A stretch of DNA of 64,000 bases from Candidatus Sulfomarinibacteraceae bacterium. GTDB lineage: Bacteria; Acidobacteriota; Thermoanaerobaculia; Thermoanaerobaculales; Sulfomarinibacteraceae. Position 1 is the first letter of the stretch; the number at the start of each line of letters is the position of its first letter. The position numbers were made by a program, and so were the translations under genes. The notes under the pieces were generated by a model. The model ran no database searches and was not told the origin of the DNA. It worked only from the letters and a program-made list of their open reading frames with translations. Shown piece by piece: positions 1 through 9,674 of this stretch. The DNA is taken from positions 128,001 to 192,000 of the forward strand of contig CAWCLO010000001.1 of the NCBI GenBank assembly GCA_963796455.1. The letters are read 5' to 3'.

Positions 1-87
1 ATGGCATCGATGTCCCGATCCCGATCCCGAATAGGGCGGACCGCACCCACATGGCAGAGGAGCATGGGGCCCAGCGATCTTTCAGTA

Positions 88-203
88 TGTCATCCTGAGC
101 GCAGCGCCTCGGGCGCGCAGTCGAAGGATCTATGAGATGGACAAAACGACCCGAGCCGCAGATCCTTCGACTACGCGCCTTTGGCGCTTCGCTCAGGATG
201 ACA
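88..203. repeat. REP-like inverted repeat dyad (two ~44-bp arms, each with an internal GC hairpin)
   Basis: 88-131 TGTCATCCTGAGCGCAGCGCC...GTCGAAGGATCT is the near-perfect reverse complement of 160-203 AGATCCTTCGACT...CGCTCAGGATGACA. Confidence 0.85.
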
Positions 204-246
204 TCGGGAGGCGCCGTTGGCATCCATTGTCAGTGAAGGATGGTTC

Positions 247-278
247 GCCCTTCCTCCCTTTCGCCTTTTCGCCCTTTC
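247..278 (+). repeat. Pyrimidine-rich ~8-nt tandem repeat (CCCTTTCG-like)
   Basis: gcccttcctccctttcgccttttcgccctttc; a similar tract in the same orientation lies at 1176-1248. Confidence 0.6.
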
Positions 279-539
279 GGTAACGGTAACGGGCTCGGGC
301 TCCGGCCCGGGATCCAGCATCCAGGATCACTGCTGTCCAAAACAGATCGTCACGCGAAGTTTTCCAACTGACAACACGTGGCTTACGAGTTGGTTTTTGG
401 CATTTCCGGTCCGTGGTTGCCCCGTGCCCACGTCCGCGTCCGTGCCCGAATTGCAGCGGCAGCGACAGTGTCCAGCGGCGGCGGCAGCGGCAGCGGCAGC
501 GGCAGCGGCAGCGGTCAGGAGTACAGGCGACGAAGTGGC

Positions 540-669
540 CACCTCCGGGTCGTTCAACACAAGGGGTAGCCGGTGGGCGGCCGATGTCAAGGACAGTCAG
601 GGTGCAGGGCATCCTTGACATCGGCCACCACACCGGCTTGTGGGTATGGGCATGAACGACCCGGAGGTG
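540..669 (+). promoter_or_regulatory. Nested inverted repeat/hairpin pairing an anti-SD arm with the RBS of the four-helix-bundle gene
   Basis: 540-556 pairs with 653-669 (17/17, includes GGAGGTG), 568-575 with 631-638 (8/8), and 579-593 with 612-626 (15/15, contains TTGACA). Confidence 0.75.
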
Positions 670-672
670 ACC

Positions 673-1026
673 ATGTCCTCAGCCGCCACGACCACCAACC
701 TCGTTGCCCACTCGAAAGCCCTCGAAGCAGCAGGAATCGCGATCAAACTCGTGATGAGAGTTCCCGCTCCGCTGAAATCCATAGCCGATCAGGTAGTCCG
801 ATCGGCGAGCTCAGTCCCGGCCAACCTGGCAGAAGGCCACGGCCGTTTCGGTAGAGACCGGTTGAACCACTGGAGAATCGCGTACGCCTCCGCGAAAGAG
901 GTCGACAGCCACTTGCAGCTCCTCGCCGACGCCGGGGCGATCAGCCCGAACGGAGCCAGTGAAGCGATGAAGGCCTTCGATCAAGTCCGTGCCATGACCT
1001 GGCGCCTCTTGAACCCGACTAAGTAA
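673..1026 (+). CDS. Four-helix-bundle protein (23S rRNA intervening-sequence protein / Avd-like family)
   Basis: Family-typical motifs IADQVVRSASSVPANLAEGHGR and IAYASAKEVDSHL. SD GGAGGTGA at 663-670 favours ATG 673 over the upstream starts; 117 aa. Confidence 0.9.
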   Translation: MSSAATTTNLVAHSKALEAAGIAIKLVMRVPAPLKSIADQVVRSASSVPANLAEGHGRFGRDRLNHWRIAYASAKEVDSHLQLLADAGAISPNGASEAMKAFDQVRAMTWRLLNPTK

Positions 1027-1175
1027 GGGCTGTCCGCTGACGCTGACGCTGCCCCGGCCGCTGGTCGCTGCCGCTGCCTACTGAACGCTGCCGCCGTCCA
1101 CTGTTCCCTGTCGCTGTTCCTGCCCGAACTCACACCTGGCAGGAGTGATCTCTCATCCAGGAACGAGCGGCGGGC

Positions 1176-1248
1176 CCTTCCCCCTTTCTCCCCTTTCTCC
1201 CTTTTTTCTCCCTTTCCCCCTTTCTCCCCTGCCCCTCTGCTCCTCTGC
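1176..1248 (+). repeat. Pyrimidine-rich ~8-9-nt tandem repeat (CCCTTTCT/CCCCTCTG-like)
   Basis: cccttcccctttctccccttttctcccttttttctccctttccccctttctcccctgcccctctgctcctctgc. Confidence 0.65.
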
Positions 1249-1252
1249 CACG

Positions 1253-1283
1253 AAAAAACCCGGGCCGCGAGGCCCGGGTTGTT
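1253..1283 (-). terminator. Rho-independent terminator of the M13 peptidase gene
   Basis: Minus strand reads AACCCGGGCC-TCGC-GGCCCGGGTT followed by a T run, about 20 nt after the stop codon. Confidence 0.8.
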
Positions 1284-1305
1284 CAAGTTGGTTTCTCGTA
1301 CTGCC

Positions 1306-3348
1306 CTACCAGATCTTCACCCGCTCCTCGGGCGGTAGGTAGAGGGCGTCGCCCTCCTTGACATCGAAGGCCGCCACGAATTCGGGCATATTCGGGACCG
1401 GGCCGTTGACCCGGAATTCCGGTGGCGAGTGGGGGTCAGTCTGGACGCGATTGCGAGTCGCCTCCTCGGTTGCCTTGTATCGCCACACCTGGCCGATGCC
1501 CATAAAGAACCGCTGATCTCCAGTCATACCGTCGATCACCGGGGCTTCCTGGCCGTCGAGCGACATCTGATAGGCACGGTAGGCGATCGTCAGACCGGAG
1601 AGATCACCGATGTTTTCGCCGAGGGTCAGCTCGCCGTTGACATTCAGGTCCTCAAAGACCTGGAATTTTGCATACTGATCGACGAGAGCCTGGGTCCGCT
1701 TTTTGAATTCGGCAAGATCCTCGTCGGTCCACCAGTTGTTCAGATTGCCTTCGCTGTCGTACTTCGAACCTTGATCGTCGAAACCGTGGCCCATTTCGTG
1801 GCCGATCACCGTCCCGATGGCACCGTAGTTGACCGCGTCATCCGCCGCCATATTGAAGAACGGAGGCTGCAGGATGGCGGCCGGGAACACGACTTCATTC
1901 ATCGACGGGTTGTAGTAGGCGTTGACGGTCTGCGGAGTCATCCCCCACTCCCAGTCCCGAATCGGGCCGCCGAGCTTGCTCCGGTCCAGTTCGAAGAAGA
2001 AGAGATTTGCTCGCCGGATATTGCCTACCAGGTCACCATCGACGATTTCGAGATCGGTGTAATCCTCCCAGCGGTCAGGATAACCGACCTTGGGGACGAA
2101 CTTGGCAAGCTTGACCTGGGCCTGAGCTTTGGTCTCGGGGCTCATCCATTCGAGGCCTTCGATGGCCTCGCCATAGGCGGCACGAAGATTTTCAACCAGT
2201 TCGACCATCCGCGCCTTGGCCTCGGGTTTGAAGTGACGGCTCACATAGACCTTGCCGATGACCTCGCCAAGGCTGCTGTTGACCGTGTCGACCCCAAGCT
2301 GCCATCGCGGCCGCTGTTCCTGCTGGCCGTTGAGGGTGCGCTGGTAGAAATCAAAGTCCTGGTCGACGATCGGCGCGGAGAGATAGTTGGCGGTCCGGTT
2401 GAGCAGATTCCACCGCAGATACAATTTCCAGACCTCGACCGGGGTTGCCTCGAATATCTGGTTGAAGCCCTCGAGGTAGCTGGGTTGGTAGATGATGATG
2501 TCGTCTTCGGCCTCGAGTCCAGCCGCTGCGAGAAAGGCCGGCCAATCGACACCATCGCCGAGGGTGCCGAGATCATCGACGGCGAATTTGTTGTAGGTCT
2601 TGTCGCGGTCGCGGTTCTCGACTGTCGTCCAGTGTTTGGCGGCCATCTCGGTCTCGAGGGCCATCAATCTCTGCGCCGATCCCTTTGGGTTGTCAAATCC
2701 GGCCAGCTCGAACATCTTCTCGATGTGGGACACATAGGCCGCGCGAAGCTCGACCGACTTTTCGTCTTCCCGGAAATAATAGTCACGATCCGGCAGACCC
2801 AGACCGCTCTGGTAGAGGTGAGCGGCGTAGCGGGTCGAATCCTTGCCGTCGATCGAGATGAAGACCGTGATCGGGCCACCGGTGCCGAGAATCTTGCTGT
2901 TGGCGAAGTAAGCCGAAAGCTCGCTTCGGTCGGAGATGGCGTCGATGGTTGCGAGCCCGTCGGCAATCGGAGACACACCGAGTTCGTCGAGACGCTCGGT
3001 GTCCATGAAGGAGTTGTAGAGATCGGCCACCTTCTTTTCGTCGGAGCCGGGCTCGAGATCATCACTGGCCGACACATCTTCGATGATCGCCAGCACGTCC
3101 TCGCGCGAGCCGTCGCGGAGGTCCAGAAAGACCCCGGTGTTGGTCCGGTCGGCCGGGATCTCGGCGGTCTCGAGCCAGGTCCCATTGACATAGCGGAAGA
3201 AGTCGTCCTGCGGTCGGACGGATGTGTCCATATTCGCCAGATTGATGCCGCTGGTCAGCACGATCTCCGCCTCCTCGGTGTCGACCGCTGCCTGGCCGCA
3301 CCCGATGAGCGCGAGCAGACACAGCGATCCCAGAATCGTTCGTTTCAT
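1306..3348 (-). CDS. M13 family zinc metalloendopeptidase (PepO/neprilysin-like), lipoprotein
   Basis: VNAYY, HEMGH, ENIGD and DPHSP motifs; lipobox LIGC; SD upstream of ATG 3348. Confidence 0.93.
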   Translation of the reverse strand: MKRTILGSLCLLALIGCGQAAVDTEEAEIVLTSGINLANMDTSVRPQDDFFRYVNGTWLETAEIPADRTNTGVFLDLRDGSREDVLAIIEDVSASDDLEPGSDEKKVADLYNSFMDTERLDELGVSPIADGLATIDAISDRSELSAYFANSKILGTGGPITVFISIDGKDSTRYAAHLYQSGLGLPDRDYYFREDEKSVELRAAYVSHIEKMFELAGFDNPKGSAQRLMALETEMAAKHWTTVENRDRDKTYNKFAVDDLGTLGDGVDWPAFLAAAGLEAEDDIIIYQPSYLEGFNQIFEATPVEVWKLYLRWNLLNRTANYLSAPIVDQDFDFYQRTLNGQQEQRPRWQLGVDTVNSSLGEVIGKVYVSRHFKPEAKARMVELVENLRAAYGEAIEGLEWMSPETKAQAQVKLAKFVPKVGYPDRWEDYTDLEIVDGDLVGNIRRANLFFFELDRSKLGGPIRDWEWGMTPQTVNAYYNPSMNEVVFPAAILQPPFFNMAADDAVNYGAIGTVIGHEMGHGFDDQGSKYDSEGNLNNWWTDEDLAEFKKRTQALVDQYAKFQVFEDLNVNGELTLGENIGDLSGLTIAYRAYQMSLDGQEAPVIDGMTGDQRFFMGIGQVWRYKATEEATRNRVQTDPHSPPEFRVNGPVPNMPEFVAAFDVKEGDALYLPPEERVKIW

Positions 3349-3587
3349 TCCTTGCCTCCCTCGTGGATTTGTTCGGTGGTCACCGATATTCATTTTCCCG
3401 TTTGCACATGTTCGGCCATCGATTCCGGCCCGGAACCGGCCGCGAAGCGATGACTCCCTGATTTATTCGCAAGAAGCTTCAACAAGTTTCAAATCTGGCG
3501 CCGCGATTCGCCGTGTATCATGATGCGGCGAGGGGCCGGGGCGGTTCCGCCGGGGCCCAGCCGGATCGATTACGGAGGTTATCAGCA

Positions 3588-5361
3588 ATGCGCAATCTCA
3601 TCACCATCTGTCTCGTGGCCACTGTTTCGATCCTTGCCGCCTGCACCCAGGACGCCGACAGCCCGGCCGATCTGATCCTGCTCGACGGCAGAATATACAC
3701 CATGGAATCGGAAAAACCGTGGGCCGAGGCGGTGGTGATTTCAGGCAACCGGATCACCGCCGTGCTCGATTCCTCCGAAGAGGCCCGATCCCTTGCCGGC
3801 CCGGACACCCGAATCATCGATCTCGACAGGCGCCTTCGTGGTGCCCGGCTTCATCGACGGCCACATCCACTTCGACAGCGCCGGCGCGCTGCTGACCGAC
3901 ATCAATCTGCTCCGCGTTTCCGATGAGCAGGGCCTTCGCGACGAGGTCGCGCGGGTGGTGGACAACATCGATGACGGCGAATGGATCGTCGGTGGGATGT
4001 GGGGCGCTTACGAGCAATGGGCACTTGGAGCGGCGCAGGCCGGAGCCGGGCCGGAGTCACGCTGGCTCCCTTTTAAGGCCATGATCGACGAGGTCTCGAC
4101 AGAAAATCCATGCCTGCTGTCGAGCTTCGACCGCAAGCTATTCCTCGCCAACACACCGGCACTCGAGGCGGCCGGTCTCCTCAGCGATCCCCTCGCCGGG
4201 ATGCAACGCCACCACGATGGCAGTCCTACCGGCCTGATCCGGGCTGCCTCGCCGGCCCTCGACAGGATCCGCCAGCTGATCAAACCCAAATCCGAAGCAC
4301 GCTCGCTGGCGGAAAACCGCGCGGCCTTGCGGGAGCTGGCGGCGTCGGGCATCGTCGAGGTCCACGATATCGCCAAACCCGACCAGACCGCACGGCTGGT
4401 CAAACTGCAGGAGAACGGCGAGCTCACCTGCCGATTCTGGCTGCGCCCCGACCTCTCGCGCGGTGCCGAACTGGGTGAGGCCGGTCTGACCATGGGTCTG
4501 CACCCGGTAAACAAAGAGCCCGACGGGTGGCTCCGTTACGGTGCCCTCAAAGGCTATATCGACGGGATCATGGGGACCCACGGGGCCCTGTTCTTCGAGC
4601 CATATAACGACCAACCCGGAAACTACGGACACTACCGACGTCACACCTCGGACGACCCCGATTTCGCCACTGGAAATATGGAGAAGATGTACGGGCTGTT
4701 GACCGAAGCACGCGAGTCGGGCTTCGTTGCCAATGTTCACGCCATCGGCACCAAGGGCTCGGCGCTCATGCTCGATACCTACGAACGGTTGATGAAGGAG
4801 GTGGGCCGCGATCTCGAGGGATACCGGGTGATCCACGCCCAGGTCATCCGGCCCGAAGATTTTCCGCGATTCAAAGAGCTCAACGTCATCGCCGAGGTCA
4901 ACCCCTACCACATATCTGACGACATGCGGTGGATGGAAGAACGCATCGGCCACGAGAGGTGCAAGGGCGCCTACGCCTTCCGCTCGCTGCTGGACAACGG
5001 CGCCACGCTTTCCTTTGGTTCGGATTGGCCCGGTACCTCGGCGGCCTATTACCACGTTCACCCCAGATACCTGATCCACGCCGCCGTCAACCGCACCACC
5101 CTGGCAGGCGAGCCTGAAGGCGGCTGGTTCCCTGAACAGAAGATCACCATGCACGAGGCGCTCGAGGCCTACACCATCAACAATGCAGCGGCGGCATTCG
5201 AAGGCGACAGCCGGGGCTCGATCAAGGCCGGCAAACTAGCCGACATCACCGTCATCGACCGCAATCTGATGGAGATTGATCCGTCGGAGATCCTCGACAT
5301 GGAGATCGAGATGACCATCGTCGACGGCCGGGTGGTCTATGAGCGGGGTACCGAAGGTTAG
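3588..5361 (+). CDS. Amidohydrolase (YtcJ-like, Amidohydro_3), lipoprotein; frameshifted near 3828
   Basis: N-terminal frame (LAAC lipobox, DGRIYT) joins a second frame with PGFIDGHIH, HAIG, HAQ and GSDWP when one base at ~3828 is removed. Confidence 0.85.
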
Positions 5362-5399
5362 CTCGGTACCCTCGGGCTCACATACATCGAAGATCTGTC

Positions 5400-5449
5400 G
5401 CCCCTTCAGGGCTCGCAAGCTGCGTACAAACGGTACGCCCCTGCGGGGC
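5400..5449. repeat. Two short GCCCC-loop-GGGC REP-like hairpins between convergent genes
   Basis: gccccttcagggc (5400-5412) and gcccctgcggggc (5437-5449). Confidence 0.4.
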
Positions 5450-5466
5450 TCTCCCGTCCGCCCAGT

Positions 5467-6828
5467 CTATCCCCGCCCACTCACGCTTCTTCCCACAAGG
5501 CCCAGGGGCCCGAAGCCCGCGATACCGGCGCCGACCAGGGGCAACAGCAGCGGTACCCATCGCAAACCGAGCCAACCCTCGCCGCCGACGCCGCCAATCG
5601 CCAACATGGCAAGGCCGCCGCAGGCGATGCCGCAGCCGATGAGCTGCAGCCAAACCGCAGCCGGTCGACGGTCCTTGTCCGAGGAGGGTCGTTCGAATCT
5701 CGAAAACACCAACAGAAACGGCACGGTGACAATGGTGTAGGCCGCCAGCCACAACGGACGGGTCAACCACCACCCGGTGGTATTTGGGTATTGTCCGAGA
5801 ACCGACGGCATCTGCCAGAAGGCGAGGCCAACCAACAGCATCATCACCGTCGAGTGCCAAAGGAAGATCGTCATGATCATGCCGTTGATCATTATCGTGG
5901 CGGCCCAGGGCACCCTCTTCGCGAGCCATCGTCTGGCCGGTTTCTCGAACAAAAGAACCAGCCCGATCTGCGCCGCAGCGAGCGCCAGCAGCGGCAATTT
6001 CGGCGGCAGGGTATTGCTGATCTCGTCGGTCGGGACGCCGACCAGGGCCAGTGGATAGGGCCCGAGTTGCGTCAAAGCGCCCAACGAAAGAAGGCCGGCA
6101 GCGAAGAGCGACCAGCCAGTCTTCACGCCGCTGATACGTCCGTCGTGCCACGCATATCCCAGCTGGTGGACCGAAAGCCAGACGAAGGGGTAGTTGAGCC
6201 AGGCGAGGGTCCGCATATCGCCGGCGAAAAACGCCACGTCCATCACCGCGGCCGCCATCACCGGCGCCAGAACAGAAGCAAAGCCCCACTTCTGCCAGGC
6301 AGCGTGGCTCCACGGCACAAGGGCCACGACCATGATGTAGACGGCCAGGAACCAAACCGGAATCAAGGCCACCTTCGAGCCGATAAAGATCATCCGCGGT
6401 CCGACACCGTTTGCGTGGGCCACCGCAACCATCGCGCCCCACGCGATCAGCAGGGGGAGGACCGGACCGATCAGACGTCGTGAACGGCTGTCGAACCATG
6501 CGCGATAACTGAGCTTCTTGCGCTTGGCGGACTCCCACGAAATGCCGTTCGAAAATCCACCGACAAAGAAAAAGATCGGCATCACCTGGAAAAGCCAGGT
6601 CAGCCACTGCGACCACGGTGCCAGAACGAGAAGGTGGCTATAAGCCGGAGCCCCGTCTGCAAAATAGGGCGCGGAGATGAGCCAATGCCCCAAAACGACT
6701 GCGAGAATCGACAGGGCCCTGAGAAAGTCAACATATCGGTTGCGTTCCTCCGGGGTTCGATCGGCATACCAGAGCGCACTCCCCCACAGACTGCGCGGCG
6801 GACGGTCGTCGGTGGCATCCTGAATCAT
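5467..6828 (-). CDS. Acyltransferase family 3 membrane protein
   Basis: RNRYVDFLRALSILAVVLGHW, MPIFFFVGG, WFLAVY; many transmembrane segments. Confidence 0.85.
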   Translation of the reverse strand: MIQDATDDRPPRSLWGSALWYADRTPEERNRYVDFLRALSILAVVLGHWLISAPYFADGAPAYSHLLVLAPWSQWLTWLFQVMPIFFFVGGFSNGISWESAKRKKLSYRAWFDSRSRRLIGPVLPLLIAWGAMVAVAHANGVGPRMIFIGSKVALIPVWFLAVYIMVVALVPWSHAAWQKWGFASVLAPVMAAAVMDVAFFAGDMRTLAWLNYPFVWLSVHQLGYAWHDGRISGVKTGWSLFAAGLLSLGALTQLGPYPLALVGVPTDEISNTLPPKLPLLALAAAQIGLVLLFEKPARRWLAKRVPWAATIMINGMIMTIFLWHSTVMMLLVGLAFWQMPSVLGQYPNTTGWWLTRPLWLAAYTIVTVPFLLVFSRFERPSSDKDRRPAAVWLQLIGCGIACGGLAMLAIGGVGGEGWLGLRWVPLLLPLVGAGIAGFGPLGLVGRSVSGRG

Positions 6829-6961
6829 GAGACCGATTATACGTTGAGGTCATTCGTGACCCGCCACCTGTCAATGGATATTTGCGGTTGTCAGCGCCAC
6901 ACCGCCCCCGTATTCTCGTTCCTGACAACGCGGGGGATACGCAGTACCGAAGGAGGGTTTC

Positions 6962-9443
6962 ATGATGGTCTCTCAGATTTCTTTCAGGCAGTTTCTGTCG
7001 GCGTCGTCCGTCGCGACATTGGTTCTTCTCGGCGCGCTCTGGGCGCCGGGGGTTGAAGCCGGGACCGAACAGGTCTATCAGCGACCGCCGGAGGTCATCG
7101 CGAAGGTCGTCGAGGCCCCATTCACGCCAACCATCTCGGTGAGCCCCGACCACAAGAACATTCTGATTCTCACCCGACCCGGCCTCGCGGGCATCGACGA
7201 GGTCTCGCAGCCCGAGTTGCGAATCGCCGGTCTGCGAATCAACCCGAGGAACTATGGACCGAGCCGCGCGAGGTATACCGAAAAACTCGCGCTCCGCAGC
7301 CTCGAAGGCGGCGACGAGCGGCCGATCAAGGGTCTGCCCGAGAACCCCAAGATCAGCATGGTCCGATGGTCGCCCAACGGCCGACACATCGCTTTCCTAC
7401 TCACCTTGTCAGAAACAATCGAGCTGTGGACCATCGAGGTGGCCTCGGCCAAAGCCGGACGGCTCTTCGACAAATCCGTCAACCACACCTATTCCGACAC
7501 CCTCGTCTGGGCCCCGGACGGCAGCGCGGTTTTCGCATCGGTGATCCCCGATGATCATGGAGATGCGCCGCAGAAGCCCTCGGTGCCCACGGGCCCCGTC
7601 ATCCAGGAGAATCTGGGTCGGGTCGCGCCGGCACGTACCTATCAGGATCTTCTCAAGAGCCCTCACGACGAGTCCGTTTTCGAGCATTACACCACCTCAC
7701 AAATCGTCCGTGCAGGGCTCGACGGGAGTCTCGAGGCGATCGGCCCAGCCGGCATCATCGGTGGCTTCACCCCGTCCCCAGACGGGCGCTATATCCTCGT
7801 GAGCACGACCCGGAAGCCATTCAGCTACACCGTCCCCTCATGGCGCTTCCCCCTCGATATCGAGGTTTGGAATCCGGACGGTGAGGTTGTAGCAACAATC
7901 GCCACGCTCCCCCTGGCTGACGATGTGCCGGTGCCCTTCGGTTCGGTCCGGACCGGTCCGCGAATCGTCAACTGGCGCAGCGACGCCGATTCCACCCTGT
8001 TCCTCGTGGAAGCGCTCGATGGAGGCGATGCGGGTGCCGACGCCGAGCTCCGAGATCGCCTCTCCCTGCTCGAAGCCCCGTTTTCCGGGTCACCCAGGGT
8101 CCTGGCCGAGATCGATCTCCGTTATCGCGGCACCTATTGGGGATCTGATGATCTCGCCTATGTCAGTGGCGTGTGGTTTCAGAACCGGCAGGCCAAGGTG
8201 TGGCGGGTCCGGCCCTCCGACCCCGGCTCCGCTCCGGTACTCACCATGGACTATTCATACGAAGATCGTTACAGCGACCCCGGAAGACCCCTCCTGACAT
8301 CAACGCCAAGGGGCACCAAGGTGCTCGTGACGGCCGACGACGGAGCGACCGTATTTTTGAGCGGATCCGGCGCGAGCCCGGAGGGTGACCGGCCGTTCCT
8401 CGATGCGATGAATGTGGAGACCGGAGAAACCCGCCGGCTCTTTCATTCGGCGGCGCCCTTCTACGAACGACCGGTGGAGTTTCTGGATCCCGAGAACGGC
8501 CTGATCCTGACCTCGCGAGAATCCAAGGATATCCAGCCCAACTACTGGATCCGCAATCTCGACGCCGACACCAAGAAACAGATCACCGCATTCCCCCATC
8601 CCAACCCGCAGTTTGCCGACGTGCAGAAGGAGATGGTGCGCTATACGAGGTCGGACGGCGTCGAACTCACCGCGACCCTCTATCTCCCCACCGGCTATGA
8701 CAAGGAAAAGGACGGCCCGCTGCCGATGCTCATGTGGGCCTACCCGCAGGAGTTCAAAAGCGCCAGCGCCGCCGGCCAGGTCACCGACTCGCCCTCATCG
8801 ATTCGTCAGGGTGACCTACTGGTCGCCCATGCTGTGGCTCGCCCGCGGTTACGCCGTGCTCGACGACCCGGCCATGCCGATCGTCGGCGAGGGTGATGAG
8901 GAGCCGAACGACACCTTTGTCGAACAACTCGTTTCCAGCGCACAAGCGGCAGTCGACGAGGTGGTCCGGCGCGGTGTCGGCGATCCCGACCGCATGGTCA
9001 TCGGCGGACACTCTTACGGCGCCTTCATGACAGCCAATCTGCTCGCCCACTCCGACATCTATCGGGCCGGCATCGCTCGCAGCGGGGCCTACAACCGGAC
9101 GCTGACACCCTTCGGGTTCCAACGAGAGGAACGCACGGTCTGGCAGGCGCCGGAAATCTACTTCGCCATGTCGCCCTTCATGCACGCCGAAAAGGTCAAT
9201 GAACCGATCCTGCTGATCCACGGTGCGGCGGACAACAACTCCGGCACCTATCCCCTGCAGAGCGAACGTTACTACGCGGCCCTCAAGGGCCTCGGCGCAA
9301 CCGCCAGACTGTGTATGTTGCCGCACGAAAGCCACGGCTACCGGGCGAAAGAAAGCATCATGCACATGTTGTGGGAGATGTCGGAGTGGATGGATACCTA
9401 TGCCAAGAATGCCGGGCCGAGGGAGGCGACGGAGGAAGACTGA
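6962..9443 (+). CDS. S9 family serine peptidase (prolyl oligopeptidase clan, glutamyl peptidase-like), secreted; frameshifted near 8795
   Basis: Signal peptide, beta-propeller (SPD/WSPNG repeats), GHSYG nucleophile, DNNSG and ESHGY. The two frames join at TDSP/HRFVR. Confidence 0.88.
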
Positions 9444-9485
9444 TTCGACGAATCGAATAACGCATACAGAAAGCCTTTCGGACCA

Positions 9486-9590
9486 GTCGCTCTCGATATC
9501 GTTGTCGAAAACCTCGGCACCCGAGTCGCGGTCAAAAACGAAATCGATAGCGATACTGCGATAGATGCCGATACCGATACCGATAGCGAT
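9486..9590. repeat. Hexamer-periodic inverted repeat tract (TCGNTR ... CGATAC/CGATAG)
   Basis: gtcgctctcgatatcgttgtcg (9486-9507) and atcgatagcgatactgcgatagatgccgataccgataccgatagcgat (9543-9590), between convergent genes. Confidence 0.6.
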
Positions 9591-9674
9591 TTTCTATCAG
9601 GGATCTCCTCGACTAACGCATATCGAGGCGCCGAAACAATCGCAGCGAATACCAGAACATCATCGCCAAGGATC

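Larger units (their letters stand above)
325..1150 (+). mobile_element. Copy A of the dispersed CAGCG/CGCTG inverted-arm element, carrying a four-helix-bundle gene
   Basis: Ends GATCACT (325-331) and AGTGATC (1144-1150). Left module 330-470 matches 32590-32728 and 54595-54733 in reverse complement. (GCGGCA)5 at 481-510; CGCTG-rich right arm 1030-1120; 1053-1076 is identical to 25788-25811. Mobility is inferred from dispersal. Confidence 0.7.

Noticed and set aside
193..655. Poly-Ala, (RC)n, (GS)n and (QR)n ORFs in the ORF track
   Set aside because: They are translations of the (GCGGCA)n arm. The same pseudo-ORFs appear at the other element copies (25475, 36153, 54366).
673..1026. Diversity-generating retroelement (Avd-like gene)
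   Set aside because: No reverse transcriptase and no TR/VR pair with adenine-specific mismatches in the window. The two large paralogs differ throughout like ordinary paralogs.
1..1300. 23S rRNA intervening sequence
   Set aside because: The flanks are not rRNA; no rRNA sequence is recognisable in the window.
1429..3453. Long antisense ORFs (also 10590, 18138, 34362, 41043, 43709, 50109, 52064)
   Set aside because: Shadows of well-supported genes on the opposite strand, expected from high-GC codon bias.
6836..6874. TTGACA plus TATAAT as one sigma70 promoter
   Set aside because: The spacer is 27 nt, too long; only the -10 box is retained as a candidate.
3820..8800. Programmed ribosomal frameshifting in the amidohydrolase and S9 genes
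   Set aside because: No slippery heptamer or obvious stimulator; similar indels are scattered through unrelated genes.
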